Assembly: GCA_951406725.2 (NCBI GenBank) | Contig: OX597816.1 | Span: 15,252,001-15,316,000 of the forward strand | Direction of reading: 5' to 3' | Source of the DNA: Octopus vulgaris | Taxonomy: Eukaryota | DNA: 64,000 nt | Shown: positions 36,531 to 50,969 of the stretch, one piece after another | Position numbering within the stretch: the stretch's first letter is position 1 | Layout: every line of letters starts with the position of its first letter | The notes under the pieces: generated by a model | The model's input: the letters and a program-made list of their open reading frames with translations, nothing else | Databases searched by the model: none | What the model was told of the DNA's origin: nothing | Position numbers and translations under genes: made by a program

Positions 36531-37872
36531 GCTAAAAACCATAATGGAAGAGTAAACAATATATTCGCACACACACACACACACACACACATACACACAT
36601 ATATAACTTATAAATGAAAGATTTAGCATGCCATATTAACCCTTAATCCTTGCTTTTAATTAAACCATGGAACATCCATAGGGTCAACAAGTTAAAATAA
36701 TTAATTTAATTATACCTATCATACTGGTTACCGTTAAAATCAAAACAGGTTCAAAAGACACATCTCTGGAGAAATTTATTTCAGTAAATAAGTTAAAAGC
36801 CTTGGCACCTGTCATGCCATTATAAAGATATAACTTGTTATATATTTTATCTGTTATATAAAGCAGTAGCTCCCGTTTTGGTTCCCCATCTTCTCTAGAG
36901 GTAATTACATGAAATAAAGAGAAGAATCTTTAGAATGAATGTTATTTTATCTGTTGAGATCTGAAAGCTATATTATAACACAACAACAACTACAACATAA
37001 ATAACAATAATAATGATAAGTATATTAATGGTTAATATTTTCAGGTACACAAATCTATGATTTAGGTTGTAAGCATATGATAATTAAATAAGATGTTAAC
37101 ATGTTTTTGTCACCTTATATGGTCGTTTAAGAAAAGTGGTTTGAAAGGAATAGTGTTCTGCAGAGATCTTGTTGGTGAAAAGATAAAAGGAACTGGTATT
37201 AAGGAATAAGCCTAGATGTGACTGTAATTTTCTTATTTTCTTATTTTTTTCTTTCTTTTGATATTTATTACATAATATTTTTTTTTGATTTATTTATTTA
37301 TTTTCCGTTGTTGCTGTCTTTTTGTTGTTGGCAAGAATGATGAAAAGTGATTTAAATCTGATTCGTTGCTGTAATTATGTGTGTAGATGTGATGAAAGCA
37401 GCATTAAGACGTGAACTTGTAAGTTTCTCCCGAGTGCGATAACAGCCTCAATATATGAAGTTCATCAAGTACAAAGACATATTACTGTTAACAGAACATT
37501 TCTATATATTTATTTATAATTTTTTTGATTTTTAGCTTTAAATTTTTACTACCTCACAGTCAATCTTAGCAACAACAACAACACCAACAACAACAAAAAA
37601 AAAAGCTGCTGATAAGATATACAATAAGATGTGTAACATTGATATCTTTATAATGGTATGACAGGTGCCAACAGCTTTAACTTATCTACAGAACTAAATT
37701 CCTCCTGAGATGAACATGTCTTTAGAATCAGGTAAGAATTTAAAAGAAACAATTGTGACAAGAATTGTTCAATAATTCCTTGGCTGAGTGGTTAAGAAGT
37801 TTGCTTTGTAAACATGTGGTTTTAGGTTCAGTTCTATCCACCGTGTGGTACTTTGGACAAATCTTTTACAGT

Positions 37873-38248
37873 AGGTGCAGGAGTGGCTGTGTGGTAAGTA
37901 GCTTGCTTACCAGCCACATGGTTCCGGGTTCAGTCCCACTGCGTGACACCAAAGGCAAAGTGTCTTCTACTATAGCCTCAGGCCGACCAAAGCTTTGTGA
38001 GTGGATTTGGTAGACAGAAACTGAAAGAAGCCCATCGTATATATGTATGTATGTGTCTGTGTTTGTCCTCCCAACATCACTTGACAACCGATGCTGGTGT
38101 GTTTATGTCCCCATAACTTAGTGGTTTGGCAAAAGAGACCGATAGAATAAGTACTAGGCTTACAAAGAATAAGTCCTGGGGTCGATGTGCTTGACTAAAG
38201 CAGGTACTTCAGTATGGCCACAGTCAAATGACTGAAACAAGTAAAAGA
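37873..38248 (+). mobile_element. Full-length SINE B
   Basis: Family motifs. Confidence 0.9.
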
Positions 38249-38732
38249 TTTACCCTGGATTGACCAATGCCTTGTGAGTGAATTTGGTGGTCATTGTCTA
38301 CACATGCAACATTCTAAATTTAGGAGCAACTTGAAGAGAATATGTGACTAGCCCCCATGTAGCCTAGTGGTTAGGATGTTGTAATTAGGATCACCAGATC
38401 GTGGTTTCGATTCCTAGACTGGGCGGTGTGTTGTGTTCTTGAGCAAAATGCTTCATTTCATGAAGCTCAAGTGCTGTGTGGGGACAGGTCTGCTGAAGAA
38501 ACAAGACCAAAGTTTCTTCTTTTACGTTGTAAAAGGTAGCTAAAAGCAAAAACTGTTGAGTTAGGATGCGTACTCCAACCTCATAAAAAAACCTCACCAG
38601 CAACAGCTACCCAAACCGACCCTTGGGTTGGGGGATTGTAATCTGAGTGGTGCAAATGCATCGTCCTCTAGGAGTAAGGAGGGAATCACCAACAAATGGT
38701 GGACGTAAATGCTTTACTTACTACTACTACTA

Positions 38733-39336
38733 CCTATTTCTTTACTACCCACAAGGGGCTAAACACAGAGGGGACAAACAAGGACAGACACATGGATTAA
38801 GTCGATTACATCGATCCCAGTGCGTAACTGGTACTTAATTTATCGACCCCGAAAGGATGAAAGGCAAAGTCGACCTCGGCGGAATTTGAACTCACAACGT
38901 AACGCAGACGAAATACCGCTAAGCATTTCGCCCGGCATGCTAACGATTCTGCCAGCTCGCTGCCTTACTGCTACCACTACTACCACCACCACTGCCACCA
39001 CCGCTGCAACCACCACCACCACCACCACCACTACTACTACGATGATGATGGTGGTGATGGTGGTGCTAATGATGATGATGTCGATCATGGTGGTGGTAGT
39101 AAAAGGCGGCGAGCTGGCAGAAATGTTAGCACGCCGGGCGAAATGCTTAGCGGTATTTTGTCTGCCGCTACGTTCTGAGTTCAAATTCCACCGAGGTCGA
39201 CTTTGCCTTTCATCCTTTTGGGGTCGATTAAATAAGTACTAGTTACGCACTGGAGTCGATGTAATCGACTTAATCTGTTTGTCTGTCCTTGTTTGTCCCC
39301 TCTGTGTTTAGCCCCTTGTGGGTAGTAAAGAAATAA
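38733..39336. mobile_element. Head-to-head pair of young SINE A copies (38733-38966 minus, 39102-39336 plus)
   Basis: Both near-consensus and CpG-intact, separated by a (CAC)/(GAT) tract. Confidence 0.92.
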
Positions 39337-39734
39337 GTAGTAGTGTTGATGATGGTGATGGTGGTGATGATGGTGACATGACAATGACAACGATTATGAT
39401 ATTGATGATGATGACAACTGAGTTACAACTAATGGACATTCTGAGTTCAATTCCTGCCTCAGCCAATTTCATCCTTCAGTCACCCTTCTGGGGTAAGTCA
39501 ACAAAAGATACCAAAACAAGAACAAGGACTAACTCACACACCTGTACACCTGCCCCACCACCCATCACCGAACGTAATAATCTCACTGTAACAGTTAGAA
39601 ATTAATTACACTGATTATTTAAAGTATCTTCTTTCTTTCATTAACTTTAACGAGCACTCCTCCCTACTGACATAAAATTCCCTACAGTAGACCATGGGTA
39701 TTAAAACAGCCAGCTGCAGTGGAACTGTGTGGGT

Positions 39735-39773
<39 letters not shown>

Positions 39774-39969
39774 GAAGGTGTTGAGAGGGAGGGAGATGCT
39801 GAAGGAGAGAAAGAGGGTGAACTTGAACATCGTTTAATGAAATGAACAGCATATGTTTTAAGTGACAGCATGGTGTGTTTATAAATAGCTTGGTAACCCA
39901 TGAAATAGATAGAAATAAAAAGTAGGAATGTATTAGTATTCCATTCTGAACAGACATACATACAGTGAG

Positions 39970-40620
<651 letters not shown>

Positions 40621-41461
40621 ATATTCCTTGCCTAGGGCAATTCTCTCTCTACTTATGCAGAATGGTAAAAATAACAAACGGTGCAAAAATGATGATTGAA
40701 ATGTTACCTGGATGATAGTGAAAATTATTGCCTCAATACATGGTTTTTTGAGCTTATTTTTGTTCCTTCATTCTCTCACTCTTTCTCTCTCTCTTTCCCT
40801 TTTCCCCCACCTTTTTTTTTTCCTTACCAATTTTTTTTTTTTTTTACAGAATTCTGATTCTGAAAAGGGAATCCCACAAGAGGCAGCTGAATGCCATTTC
40901 TCATTTAAATAACAGAGTTAATAGAACACGTGTGATTTTTCTCTCTTCTTTTTTTTTTTTTTTCAATTTTAAATTGAATCCACACTTATTTGCACATAAA
41001 CGCACAATCACACATACACACACACACTAACACTCCCCCCACACACACACGCACTCATACACAACACTCACATACACATGCACATACATGCATGTATATA
41101 TGTGTGTACACTCGTCCACATCTAATTTCGTAAGTTGACACCAATGATAATAATAACAATAATAATAATGATAATAAAATAATAATAATAATAATAATAA
41201 TGATGATGATAATAATAATAATAATAATAATAATAATGGTAGTCATGATGATTATGATGATAATAATAGATGGTCTCCTGCTAATTTATTAATAGAAAAG
41301 TAGTTGTTGTTGTTGTTGTTTAAACTTCACTTACTGAACTGAATGTGGCTGTCTTTTCCTTTTTTTTTTACCTTTTAATGCCAGCCCATATTATAATTTA
41401 GACAAATTGGCTAGAAGATATATATCTTTTACGTAACTTTTGTTACTGAACAAAAATGATA

Positions 41462-41506
<45 letters not shown>

Positions 41507-41713
41507 CCACCACCACCACCACCACCATCACCACCACCACCACAACCACCACCACCACCACCATCATCACCACCATCATCACCACCACCAACACCACCAC
41601 GGACACCACCACCATCATCATTCTTGTTTCCTTTGTATGTTGTAGGTTGTATCAAACAGATTGGTTGACTCTACCTGATAATAATGATGATGATGATGAT
41701 AATAATAATAATG

Positions 41714-41777
<64 letters not shown>

Positions 41778-41785
41778 TAATAATA

Positions 41786-42105
41786 GCTGTGTGTTGAAAG
41801 GAATTCTTGGAGGTTTGGATAATTCACCTTTGGAAACAAGGGTGGTTCGTTCAACATCCTTAAACAATCCTTATTCAGGGACCTTTTGAGTGGAATGGGC
41901 TACTCATCGAGAAGAAAATTCTAAATGGGCCCCACCTGTAAGGTCATGCGCCGTTTATCTTGATATGAGATCACCATGTCGCACACATATGGTTGTGATG
42001 CATGTGCCTGGTGTACCCTTATCAGGCAGGTATTCATGCTGGGTATACTGGGCTTCGTATATTTTACCCAGTGTCACTTTGATGGCGTGCACTGCTCTCA
42101 CACTC
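41786..42105 (+). mobile_element. Unclassified repeat anchored in (AAT)n; its terminal fragment recurs at 61027-61066
   Basis: Shared end GTCAC.TTGATGGC.TGCACTGCTCTC.CACTC(AAT)n. Confidence 0.6.
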
Positions 42106-42155
<50 letters not shown>

Positions 42156-42158
42156 TAA

Positions 42159-42430
42159 TCTAAAAACAGAAACAATTCCTATCATAGTAGGTGCATTAGG
42201 CATGATAAAAAAATATTCAGACAAATACATAACAAAAACATCAGGACTTACAAACACATATAACACAGAAAATTGCACTACTAGGCACTGCACACATCCT
42301 ACGCAGAACACTTTCAATACAGAAACCATCAGAGCATCACAACAAATCACAGCACATACCCAAGGCACACAGAGCTGTGCTCGGTAGTGAAGTGAAAGCA
42401 TGCTATAAAAATATAACTATTGAATAATAA
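42159..42430 (+). mobile_element. R4/Dong retrotransposon 3' end in (AAT)n
   Basis: IPIIVGALGMIKK...QKIALLGTAHILRRTL, the C-terminus of a restriction-like endonuclease. Confidence 0.88.
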
Positions 42431-42441
42431 TGATAATAATG

Positions 42442-42508
<67 letters not shown>

Positions 42509-42509
42509 T

Positions 42510-42586
42510 AAATGATCACATCTCGCTCCTCTGGAGCTTCACTGTTCAAACTGACAGAAACATAGATATGAATAGGCCAGACATAT
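42510..42586 (+). mobile_element. R4/Dong endonuclease fragment
   Basis: NDHISLLWSFTVQTDRNIDMNRPDI matches the WDF.IQTD..I..NRPDI motif. Confidence 0.75.
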
Positions 42587-43046
42587 ATTGCATAAATACA
42601 TATAGAGGCAAATCAAAAAGTCTCAAGCTGATGAGATGATAGTTTACAATAATCCATAAGAGAAGTCCTCAAACGAATCCAGTAAATATGAAAGAATCTT
42701 ATGGCTGTTTCTGAGAATGTGAGAAGAGACATGTAGGTAAAACCTTTTTAACTCCAGTAATACACATTTCCTTCATCAAAGAGTATGCACAGATTCAGAA
42801 TTTTAAATAGAACCATAAAATTATTCACGATATTGTAAGAATATGTTTAAGCTGTTGTAATTATATATATATCTATATATATATAGATAGATATAGTTAG
42901 AAACACTGCCAGATCAGACTGGAGCCTGGTGCAGCCTCCTGGCTTCCCAGACTCCGGTCAAACAGTTCAACCTGTGCTAGCACAGAAAATGGACGTTAAG
43001 CGATGATGATGATGATGATGATGATATATATATATATATATATATA

Positions 43047-43350
43047 TAGTAGTTAGGGTGTCAGCATCATGATCGTAAGATAGTGGTTTCGATTCCTGGA
43101 CTGGGCGACACGCTGTGTTCTTGAGCAAAGCACTTCATTTCACGTTGCTCCAGTCCACTCAACTGGCAAAAATGAGTAACACTGCACTGGACTGGCGTCT
43201 CGTCCAGCTGGGGAACACATACGCTATAGGAACCGGGAAACCGGGCCGATGAGCCTGGCTAGGCTTTAAAAGGGCGCATTCTCTCTCTACCTAAACGGCG
43301 GTGCATCAGCATGGCCGCAGCTCTGTGATGAAACTAGAAAAATAAAAATA
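43047..43350 (+). mobile_element. SINE family D (tRNA head, V-domain-like GGACTGGCGTCTCGTCCAG); related copies at about 38350-38470, 51045-51312 minus, 57172-57480 minus
   Basis: GTTTCGATTCC B box; TGTGTTCTTGAGCAA core-like motif. Confidence 0.75.
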
Positions 43351-43616
43351 TATATATATCAAGGATTGAACAGAAAGAACACAAGGAGAAAAACTTAGAT
43401 AAACACAGAGCAAACAAGAAACTAGATGACAAATTAATGGATGAGAATTTGAGACGAAGACATGATGCACTGAATATTCACCGCTGAGGTTTCCTCATCG
43501 GTCAATGACCCAAAATACACACACACACACAGGTATATATATTTGAAAAAAATGAGTAGTGATGGCTTTTTTGTGAGGATAATTTTTATTTTAATCTTAA
43601 TAATAATGTTTACAGT

Positions 43617-44000
43617 AAGGCGGAGAGCTGGCAGGAACATTGATATGCCAGGTGAAATGCTTAGCGGTATTTTGTCTGCCACTACGTTCTGAGTTCGAGT
43701 TTGCCTTTCATCCTTTTGGGGTCGATAAACTAAGTACCAGTTACGCACTGGGGTCAATATAATCAACTTAATCCATTTGTCTGTCCTTGTTTGTCCCCAC
43801 TGTGTGTAGCCCCTTGTGGGCAGTAAAGAAATAGGTATTTCATCTGTTTTTATGTTCTGAGTTCAAATTCCACTGAGGTCGACTTTGCCTTTCATCCTTT
43901 CGGGGTTGATAAATTAAATACCAGTTGCATACTGAGGTTGATCTAATTGCCTGGCCCCCTCCCCAAAAATTTCGGGCTTTGTGCTTAGAGTAGAAAAGAA
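43617..44000 (+). mobile_element. Nested or tandem SINE A copies
   Basis: Tail GAAATAGG joins the internal GGTATTTC of a second copy. Confidence 0.85.
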
Positions 44001-44207
44001 TAATAATGTTTACAGTAAGTTACTTTGATACAAGTTTCAAGCTTCAAGAAGCAATTTTCAAACTGAAAATTGTATGTTTTTCTGCTTGCTTAAATTACAA
44101 AAGATTTTTTCTTACAACTATACATATAGAAAAAAAATATACACACAAAAAATTTTTTTGTTACAAGTAGTTATACAAAAAAAAGTATATACAAAATACA
44201 TATATAT

Positions 44208-44983
44208 CAGGAGTTGCTGTGTAGTAAGAAGCTTACTTACCAACCACATGGTCTCTGGTTCAGTCCCACTGCATGGCACCTTGAGCAAGTGTCTTCTACT
44301 ATAGCCTTAGGCCGACCAAAGCCTTGTGAGTGGATTTGGTAGATGGAAACTGAAAGCAACTCATTTTGTGTGTGTGTGTGTGTATATATATATATACATA
44401 TACATGTATGTGTGTTTGTCTCCTCAGCATCGTTTGACAACTAATATTGGAGTGTTTACATCCCTGTAACTCAGCAATTCAACAAAAGGGACTGATAGAA
44501 TAAGTACTAGACTTACAAAAGAATAAGTCTTGGCATCGATTTGCTCGACTAAAGGTTGTGCTCCAGCATGGCCGCAGTCTGATGACTGAAACAAGTAAAA
44601 GAATAAAAGAAAAAATACATATATACATATATATAAACATATCTGTTTGTGTGCGTCTTTGCATTTGTGTTTTTCCCCCACCACTGCTTGACAACAGGTA
44701 TTGGTTTATTTACATCCCTGTAAATTAGCAGTTCAACAAATGAGACCAATAAAATATGTACTAAGCTTATAAAAGAAATAATGTAAGTACTGTGGTTGAA
44801 CCCTTCAATGAAGTGCCCCAGCATGGCCACAGTCCAATGACTGAAACAAGTAAAGAATAAAAAAATGTCAAAATAAAGAGACACACACATATATACATAT
44901 ATATATATGATGGGCTTCTTTCAGTTTCCATCTACCATATTTATTCTCAAGGTTTTGCTTGGCTCTTAGTACCATTCAGTGGA
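44208..44983. mobile_element. SINE B cluster
   Basis: Family motifs. Confidence 0.85.
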
Positions 44984-45519
44984 ACTGAAACAAACTCGTC
45001 AATCATACAGCCATTCTTGCACCCATCATCCTTCATAATTAAATATCTTATTTCATATCGCTTTGTGAATGATAAAATGATAGTCTCGGTTGATTAAATC
45101 AGTTGATTGATTGTTGGTGTACTAGTGAAAAGTTTAATGAAGCGTGCATGTCCTGTCAGTAATACATCAGTGAATCCCTGACAAAGACAAATATCTTTTA
45201 ACGAACCTATTTATGTTTTCTGTAAATAGTTACCGTATGGAAGCACAGATCACTGTTGTTTAAACAGTGGGTGCACTGCGTAATTGCTAAGTGTTTCCTT
45301 AGCTGACACTGCAGGGATTATGTCCTTCATTGCGACCATGGAAAAATCATCACTGAAACACAGTAGTATGTCCTCTTGGTGATGTTGTTGTTGTTGATGA
45401 TGATGATGTTGATGGAGATGATGACATTGGTGATGGTGATGATGATGATGTAAAACTTACTTACAAAGTGCTATTTATAAAGGAAAACCTGTAAAAGTTA
45501 TACCACACAAGTATCTGAC

Positions 45520-45973
45520 AAACCTATTTCTTTACTACCCACAAGGGGCTAAACACAGAAAGGACAAACAAGGACAGACAAACGGATTAAGTCGATTACA
45601 TCGAACCCAGTGCGTAACCGCTACTTAATTTATCGACCCGAAAGGATGAAAGGCAAAGTCGACTTTGGTGGAATTTGAACTCAGAACGTAGCGGCAGACG
45701 AAATACCACTAAACATTTTGCCCGGCGTGCTAACATTTCTACCAACTTGCCGCCTTCAATGTAAGTACTGGAGTTGAACCCTTCAATGAAGTACCCCAGC
45801 ATGGCCACAGTCCAATGACTGAAACAAGTAAAGAATAAAAAAATGTCAGAATAAAGAGACGCACACATATATACATATACATATACGATGGGCTTCTTTC
45901 AGTTTCCATCTACCATATTTACTCACAAGGCTTTGCTTGGCCCATAGTACAATTCAGTGGATAAACCTATTTC
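45520..45973 (-). mobile_element. Composite insertion: SINE A (45524-45756) plus a copy of 44780-44983, bounded by an 11-bp TSD
   Basis: AAACCTATTTC at 45520-45530 and 45963-45973. Confidence 0.75.
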
Positions 45974-46381
45974 AATCAATATCTTTGTGTAGCACATTTA
46001 GATTCATGAGATCCTGTTCTCCCAATTCTCAGCAAATGATACCATATCAATTGGTGATATTAGCTGTGATACATAACATGGCGAGCTGGCAGAATCGTTA
46101 ACACACTTGACAAAATTCTTAGCAGCATTTTGTCCATCTTTATGTTCTGAATCCAAATGCCACCAGGGTCGACTTTGTCTTGCATCCTTTTGGGGCCAAT
46201 AAAATAAGTACCTTTTGAGCACTGGGGCTGATGTAACTGACTTATCACCTCCCCCAAAACTGCTGGCCTTGTGCCAAAATTTGGAACTAATATTATCTGT
46301 GGTATATTTGTCTCCTGTCCTTGGAAAGATTTAACTCTCTATACTTACTTGTTGTACACCATACAATTAGTGCTGGATTGT

Positions 46382-47703
46382 AACTCTGAAAAACCCCTTT
46401 AAATACTTCTTAGATTGCATTTACATTAACATTGACTATGGCTTAAAGACTATGCCATAGCTGTTCCATTCTGTATCATTAGGGTCTTATAGGCCTAGTT
46501 TTTATTTCCTGGCAGTGGCAGATCTACCATAAAACTAATGAAGCTTAAGCTTCAGGGCCTCTAATCCCAGAGCAACTTAATTTTTTCATTCTATCAACTT
46601 TTTCTGTTTTTGTATTTTGCAATGCAGATTGCTATTACCAGTCTTAGCAGACATAATATCATACTCCTAATCAGAATCTAGACACTCAGTGTCTAGCCAC
46701 GAGTTGTTCACCTGCTGTTTCTTATTTCTTTACTACCCACAAGGGCCTAAACATAGAGGGGACAAACAAGGACAGACAAAGGGATTAAGTCGATTACGTT
46801 GATCCCAGTGTGTAACTGGTACTTTATTTATCAACCCCAAAAGGATGAAAGGCAAAGTTGACCTCGGCGGAATTTGAACTCAGAACGGCAGATGAAATAC
46901 CTATTTCTTTACTACCCACAAGGGGCTAAACACAGAGAGGACAAACAAGGACAGACAAACAGATTAAGTCGATTATATCGACCCCAGTGCGTAACTGGTA
47001 CTTATTTAATTGACCCCGAAAGGATGAAGAGCAAAGTCGACCTCGGTGGAATTTGAAATCAGAACGTAACGGCAGTCAAAATACCGCTAAGCATTTCGCC
47101 CGGCATGCTAACATTTCTGCCAGCTCGCCGCTGTTTCTGCCAATATGGAGTAGCATAAAAATTAAAAATACAAACAATTCGCAGATAATTTACTTTACTT
47201 AAATTATTCTTGAAACTTCGGCCCTGCCCCTCTCATTGTCAAATATGTCCATTACTACATCAGCACGGTAGAGATAAGAATCCTTAAGGTGGCGAGCTGG
47301 CAGGAATGCTTAAAGGTATTTCATCTGTCTTTACGTTCTGTGAAATGCTTAGTGGTATTTTGTCTGTCTTTATGTTCTGAGTTCAAATTCACCAAGGTTG
47401 ACTTTGCCCTTCATTCTTTCAGGTTCAATAAATTAAGTACCATTTGTGTACTGGGCTCGATCTAATTGACTGGACCCCTCCCCCAAAACTTCGGGCGTTG
47501 TGCCTACACTAGAAAAAACAAATAAAGATAATTGTTATTTTCACACCATTATGTAATGACCATTGAAAGGGTCAACTCTGAAAAACCCCTTTAAATACTA
47601 CTTAGGTTGCATTTACATTAACATGACAATAGCTTAAAGACTATGCCATAGCTATTTCATTCTGTATCATTAGGGTCTTACAGGCCTAGTGTTTATTTCC
47701 TGG
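46382..47703 (+). repeat. ~130-bp direct repeats (46382-46512, 47574-47703) flanking a hAT-like end and SINE A copies
   Basis: AACTCTGAAAAACCCCTTTAAATAC...TTTATTTCCTGG occurs twice, about 90% identical by eye. Confidence 0.85.
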
Positions 47704-48110
47704 TGTTCCATAACATTAAGTAAATGAGAAATAAATCTCTTTTCACTCTCTACATAGAATATGAATCTAGCACAGGTAAATTTTTCCCTTCAGTAGGAAT
47801 TGAGCTGAATTCTGTAAGACAAGGATTAGTTCTGATATTTACAACAGTAAATCATAGTCTCTTGTGATCCTTCTTTCGGTGAGATGATCTTGGGTCTTAG
47901 AATAGGATGAGCAGCAACATTGACCTTTGAACTCTCCAACTAATGCCAGCATGGAAGCTAGACATTAGATGCTGATGAGGATGATGTTGATGATGGTGAT
48001 AATGATAATAGTGATGGAGAATAAGTAGAAGGTGGTGGTGTTGGTGGTGGTGGTGGTGGTGATAGTTAGGATCATGATTGTGATGATGATGATTATATAT
48101 CTTTATATAT

Positions 48111-48960
48111 AGGTGTAGAAGTGGCTGTGTGGTAAGTAGTTTGCTTACCAACCACATTATTCTGGGTTCAGTCCCACTGTGAGGCACCTTGGGCAAGTGT
48201 CTTCTACTATAGCCTCGAGCTGACCAAAGCCTTGTGAGTGAATTTGGTAGATGGAAACTGAAAGAAGGCTGTCGTATATATATATATATGTGTGTGTGTG
48301 TTTGTGTGTCTGTGTTTGTCCCCCCAACATCGCTTGACAGTCGTTGGTGAAGGAGACCGATAGAATAAGTGCTGAGCTTACAAAGAATAAGCTCTGGAGT
48401 CATTTTGCTTGACTAAAGGTGGTGCTCCAGCATGGCCACAGTCAAATGACTGAAACAAGTAAAAGAATAACAGAATAAAAGAATAAATATGCACACACAT
48501 GTGATGGGTGTTGTTTCTTTCTCCCAAATTCCATTCACAAAGTATTTGTTGGATCTAGGCCATTACTTTTACTTTCACTTTACTCTATTTGTTTCAGTCA
48601 TTAGATTGTGTCCACGCTGGAGCACACCTTGAAGAATTTTAGCAGAAAAATATCAACTTCAGTACTTTTTTTAAAACCTGATGCTTATTCTATCTGTCAC
48701 TTTTGCCGAACTGCTAAGTTACAGGGATGTAAAAAACACCAATATCAGTTGACAAACAGTGGCAGGGACAAATGCGCGTGCACACACACACACACACACA
48801 GCAAGCTTTTTTCAGTTTCTGTTCACCACATCCACTAACAAGGCTTTGGTCAACCCAAGGTTAGCGTATAAGACAATTATCCAAGGTACCAAGTAGTGGG
48901 ACTGAACCTGGAACCATGCGATTGAGAAGCAAAGTTCTTACCACTCAGCTATGCCTGTGC
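48111..48960. mobile_element. Tail-to-tail SINE B pair (48111-48487 plus, 48570-48960 minus)
   Basis: Family motifs. Confidence 0.85.
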
Positions 48961-49499
48961 CACTAGAAAAGAAGCATCGTCTGGGTTGCATGCAGTGGAA
49001 CCAAACCTAGAAACCATGTGGTTGCAAAAGTGAACTCATTAACCAGACATCCATACAATGCACCGCCGATTGCACCTTCTAATAAAGGTCACAGAAAGGC
49101 CTGGAGAAAGGAATTAGCGAATATTATTGTTGGAAATGCGATAGAAGCATATCCAAAGACACAATCTTTGTTGTGCAATAGCGTTAATAGGATTAATTCA
49201 AATGCATGCAAATGAACAAAACAAAAAAAAAAAGAACAAATCGACATAATAGATACAAGGAAAACAAATCACCCTCTTGTGTCATTAAATAATGTTCTGT
49301 CTTAGGTTGACCTCAAACGACCTTGCTGAATTTCAAATCCCTGATTAAAGCTGTGGAAAACATCAATCTGATGATGGTGGTTGCTTGTCTTTACACCTAA
49401 CTTTCTCACTAAACAGATTCAGTCGACCACAAACAAACAAATTACTGAAGTGTTCAGTCAACTGGAAAAAGATTTTGTAATCTATTAACTAATTACTAT

Positions 49500-49556
49500 T
49501 TCTGTATACACATGTGTATATAGACATATATGTAAGCATGTGTGCGTGTGTGTGTG

Positions 49557-49587
<31 letters not shown>

Positions 49588-49610
49588 ATACACACACACA
49601 CATATATATA

Positions 49611-49646
<36 letters not shown>

Positions 49647-49711
49647 TGCATGTATGTATATATATGTATATACACGTGTGTGTGTATAATACATATATAC
49701 ATATATATGTA

Positions 49712-49742
<31 letters not shown>

Positions 49743-49836
49743 GATGACATGTACATGTACATATACATTTATAGAGATACAAATATATATGAATGTGTGT
49801 ATATATACATACATACGTACACATAAATATATAAGG

Positions 49837-49868
<32 letters not shown>

Positions 49869-49893
49869 GTATGTATATGTATATATATGTATA

Positions 49894-49960
<67 letters not shown>

Positions 49961-50070
49961 TATATAGGTATGTGTGTACATACACACATGCCCACCCACA
50001 TAATTCTACACACACATATCTATATATATATATTTATATATATATATGTGTGTGTGTGTGTATGTTAACG
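49500..50070. repeat. (TA)n-rich compound microsatellite
   Basis: Direct reading. Confidence 0.95.
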
Positions 50071-50561
50071 TACCCAAACACACACAAACATATATAATTC
50101 CTGTTGAATCAGAATTACGTCACTATCACACCAGATTTGAACAATGCACTCGTTCACAAGCAGATCAGTGAAACAATATGCTTTTTCAAGAACTTTCCCT
50201 TAATCGGCATCATTATCATATTGCAGTGGGGGGTGAGCAGAGGCAGGGGTGTGAGTGAAACACTAAAAAGCTAGAATATATAAATACTTCACATTGTGTA
50301 TCCAGATTATAATCTACTAGGTTCTGATTTCAATTCCTGTTGAATCTGACATTGCTTTACACATTTGTGGGATTCATAAATTATATATCACCCATGTATA
50401 TAGAATTTAATCTGCTAGGTTGCTGACGACCGCTTGGTTCAAAGTCTCTCTTGACCAGAAATGGCCTGAACTCTTTGCATGAACACCCTCCCTGTACATA
50501 ACTCCATGTTTCCCTACATGGCCTTGCTTTTGCTTTTTGAGTCAAAAAATTAACTTAACTT

Positions 50562-50969
50562 TGGAGTTGCTGTGTGGTAAGTAGCTTGCTTACCAACCAC
50601 ATGGTCCCAGGTTCAGTCCCACTGCATGGCACCTTGGGCAAGCGTCTTCTACTATAGCCTCGGGCCGACCAAAGCCTTGTGAGTGGATTTGGTAGACGGA
50701 AACTGAAAATAGCCCGTCGTATATATGTATATATATATATATTTATGTGTGTGTATTTGTTTGTGTCTGTGTCTGTCCCCCCAACATCGCTTGACAACCG
50801 ATGCTGGTGTGTTTACGTCCCTGTCACTTAGCGGTTCGGCAAAAGAGACCGATAGAATAAGTACTGGGCTTCCAAAGAATAAGTCCCGGGGTCGATTTGC
50901 TCGACTAAAGGCGGTGCTCCAGCATGGCCACAGTCAAATGACTGAAACAAGTAAAAGAGTAAAAGAGTA
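50562..50969 (+). mobile_element. Young SINE B
   Basis: CpG-intact, AAAAGAGT tail. Confidence 0.92.

Noticed and set aside
43450-43510. Minus-strand TTGA-CCGATGA-GGAAACC as a hammerhead (similarly CTGATGA at about 35012-35018 and CCAACGA at 25410)
   Set aside because: I could not complete helix II, the GAAA box and helix III convincingly; at most decayed PLE termini
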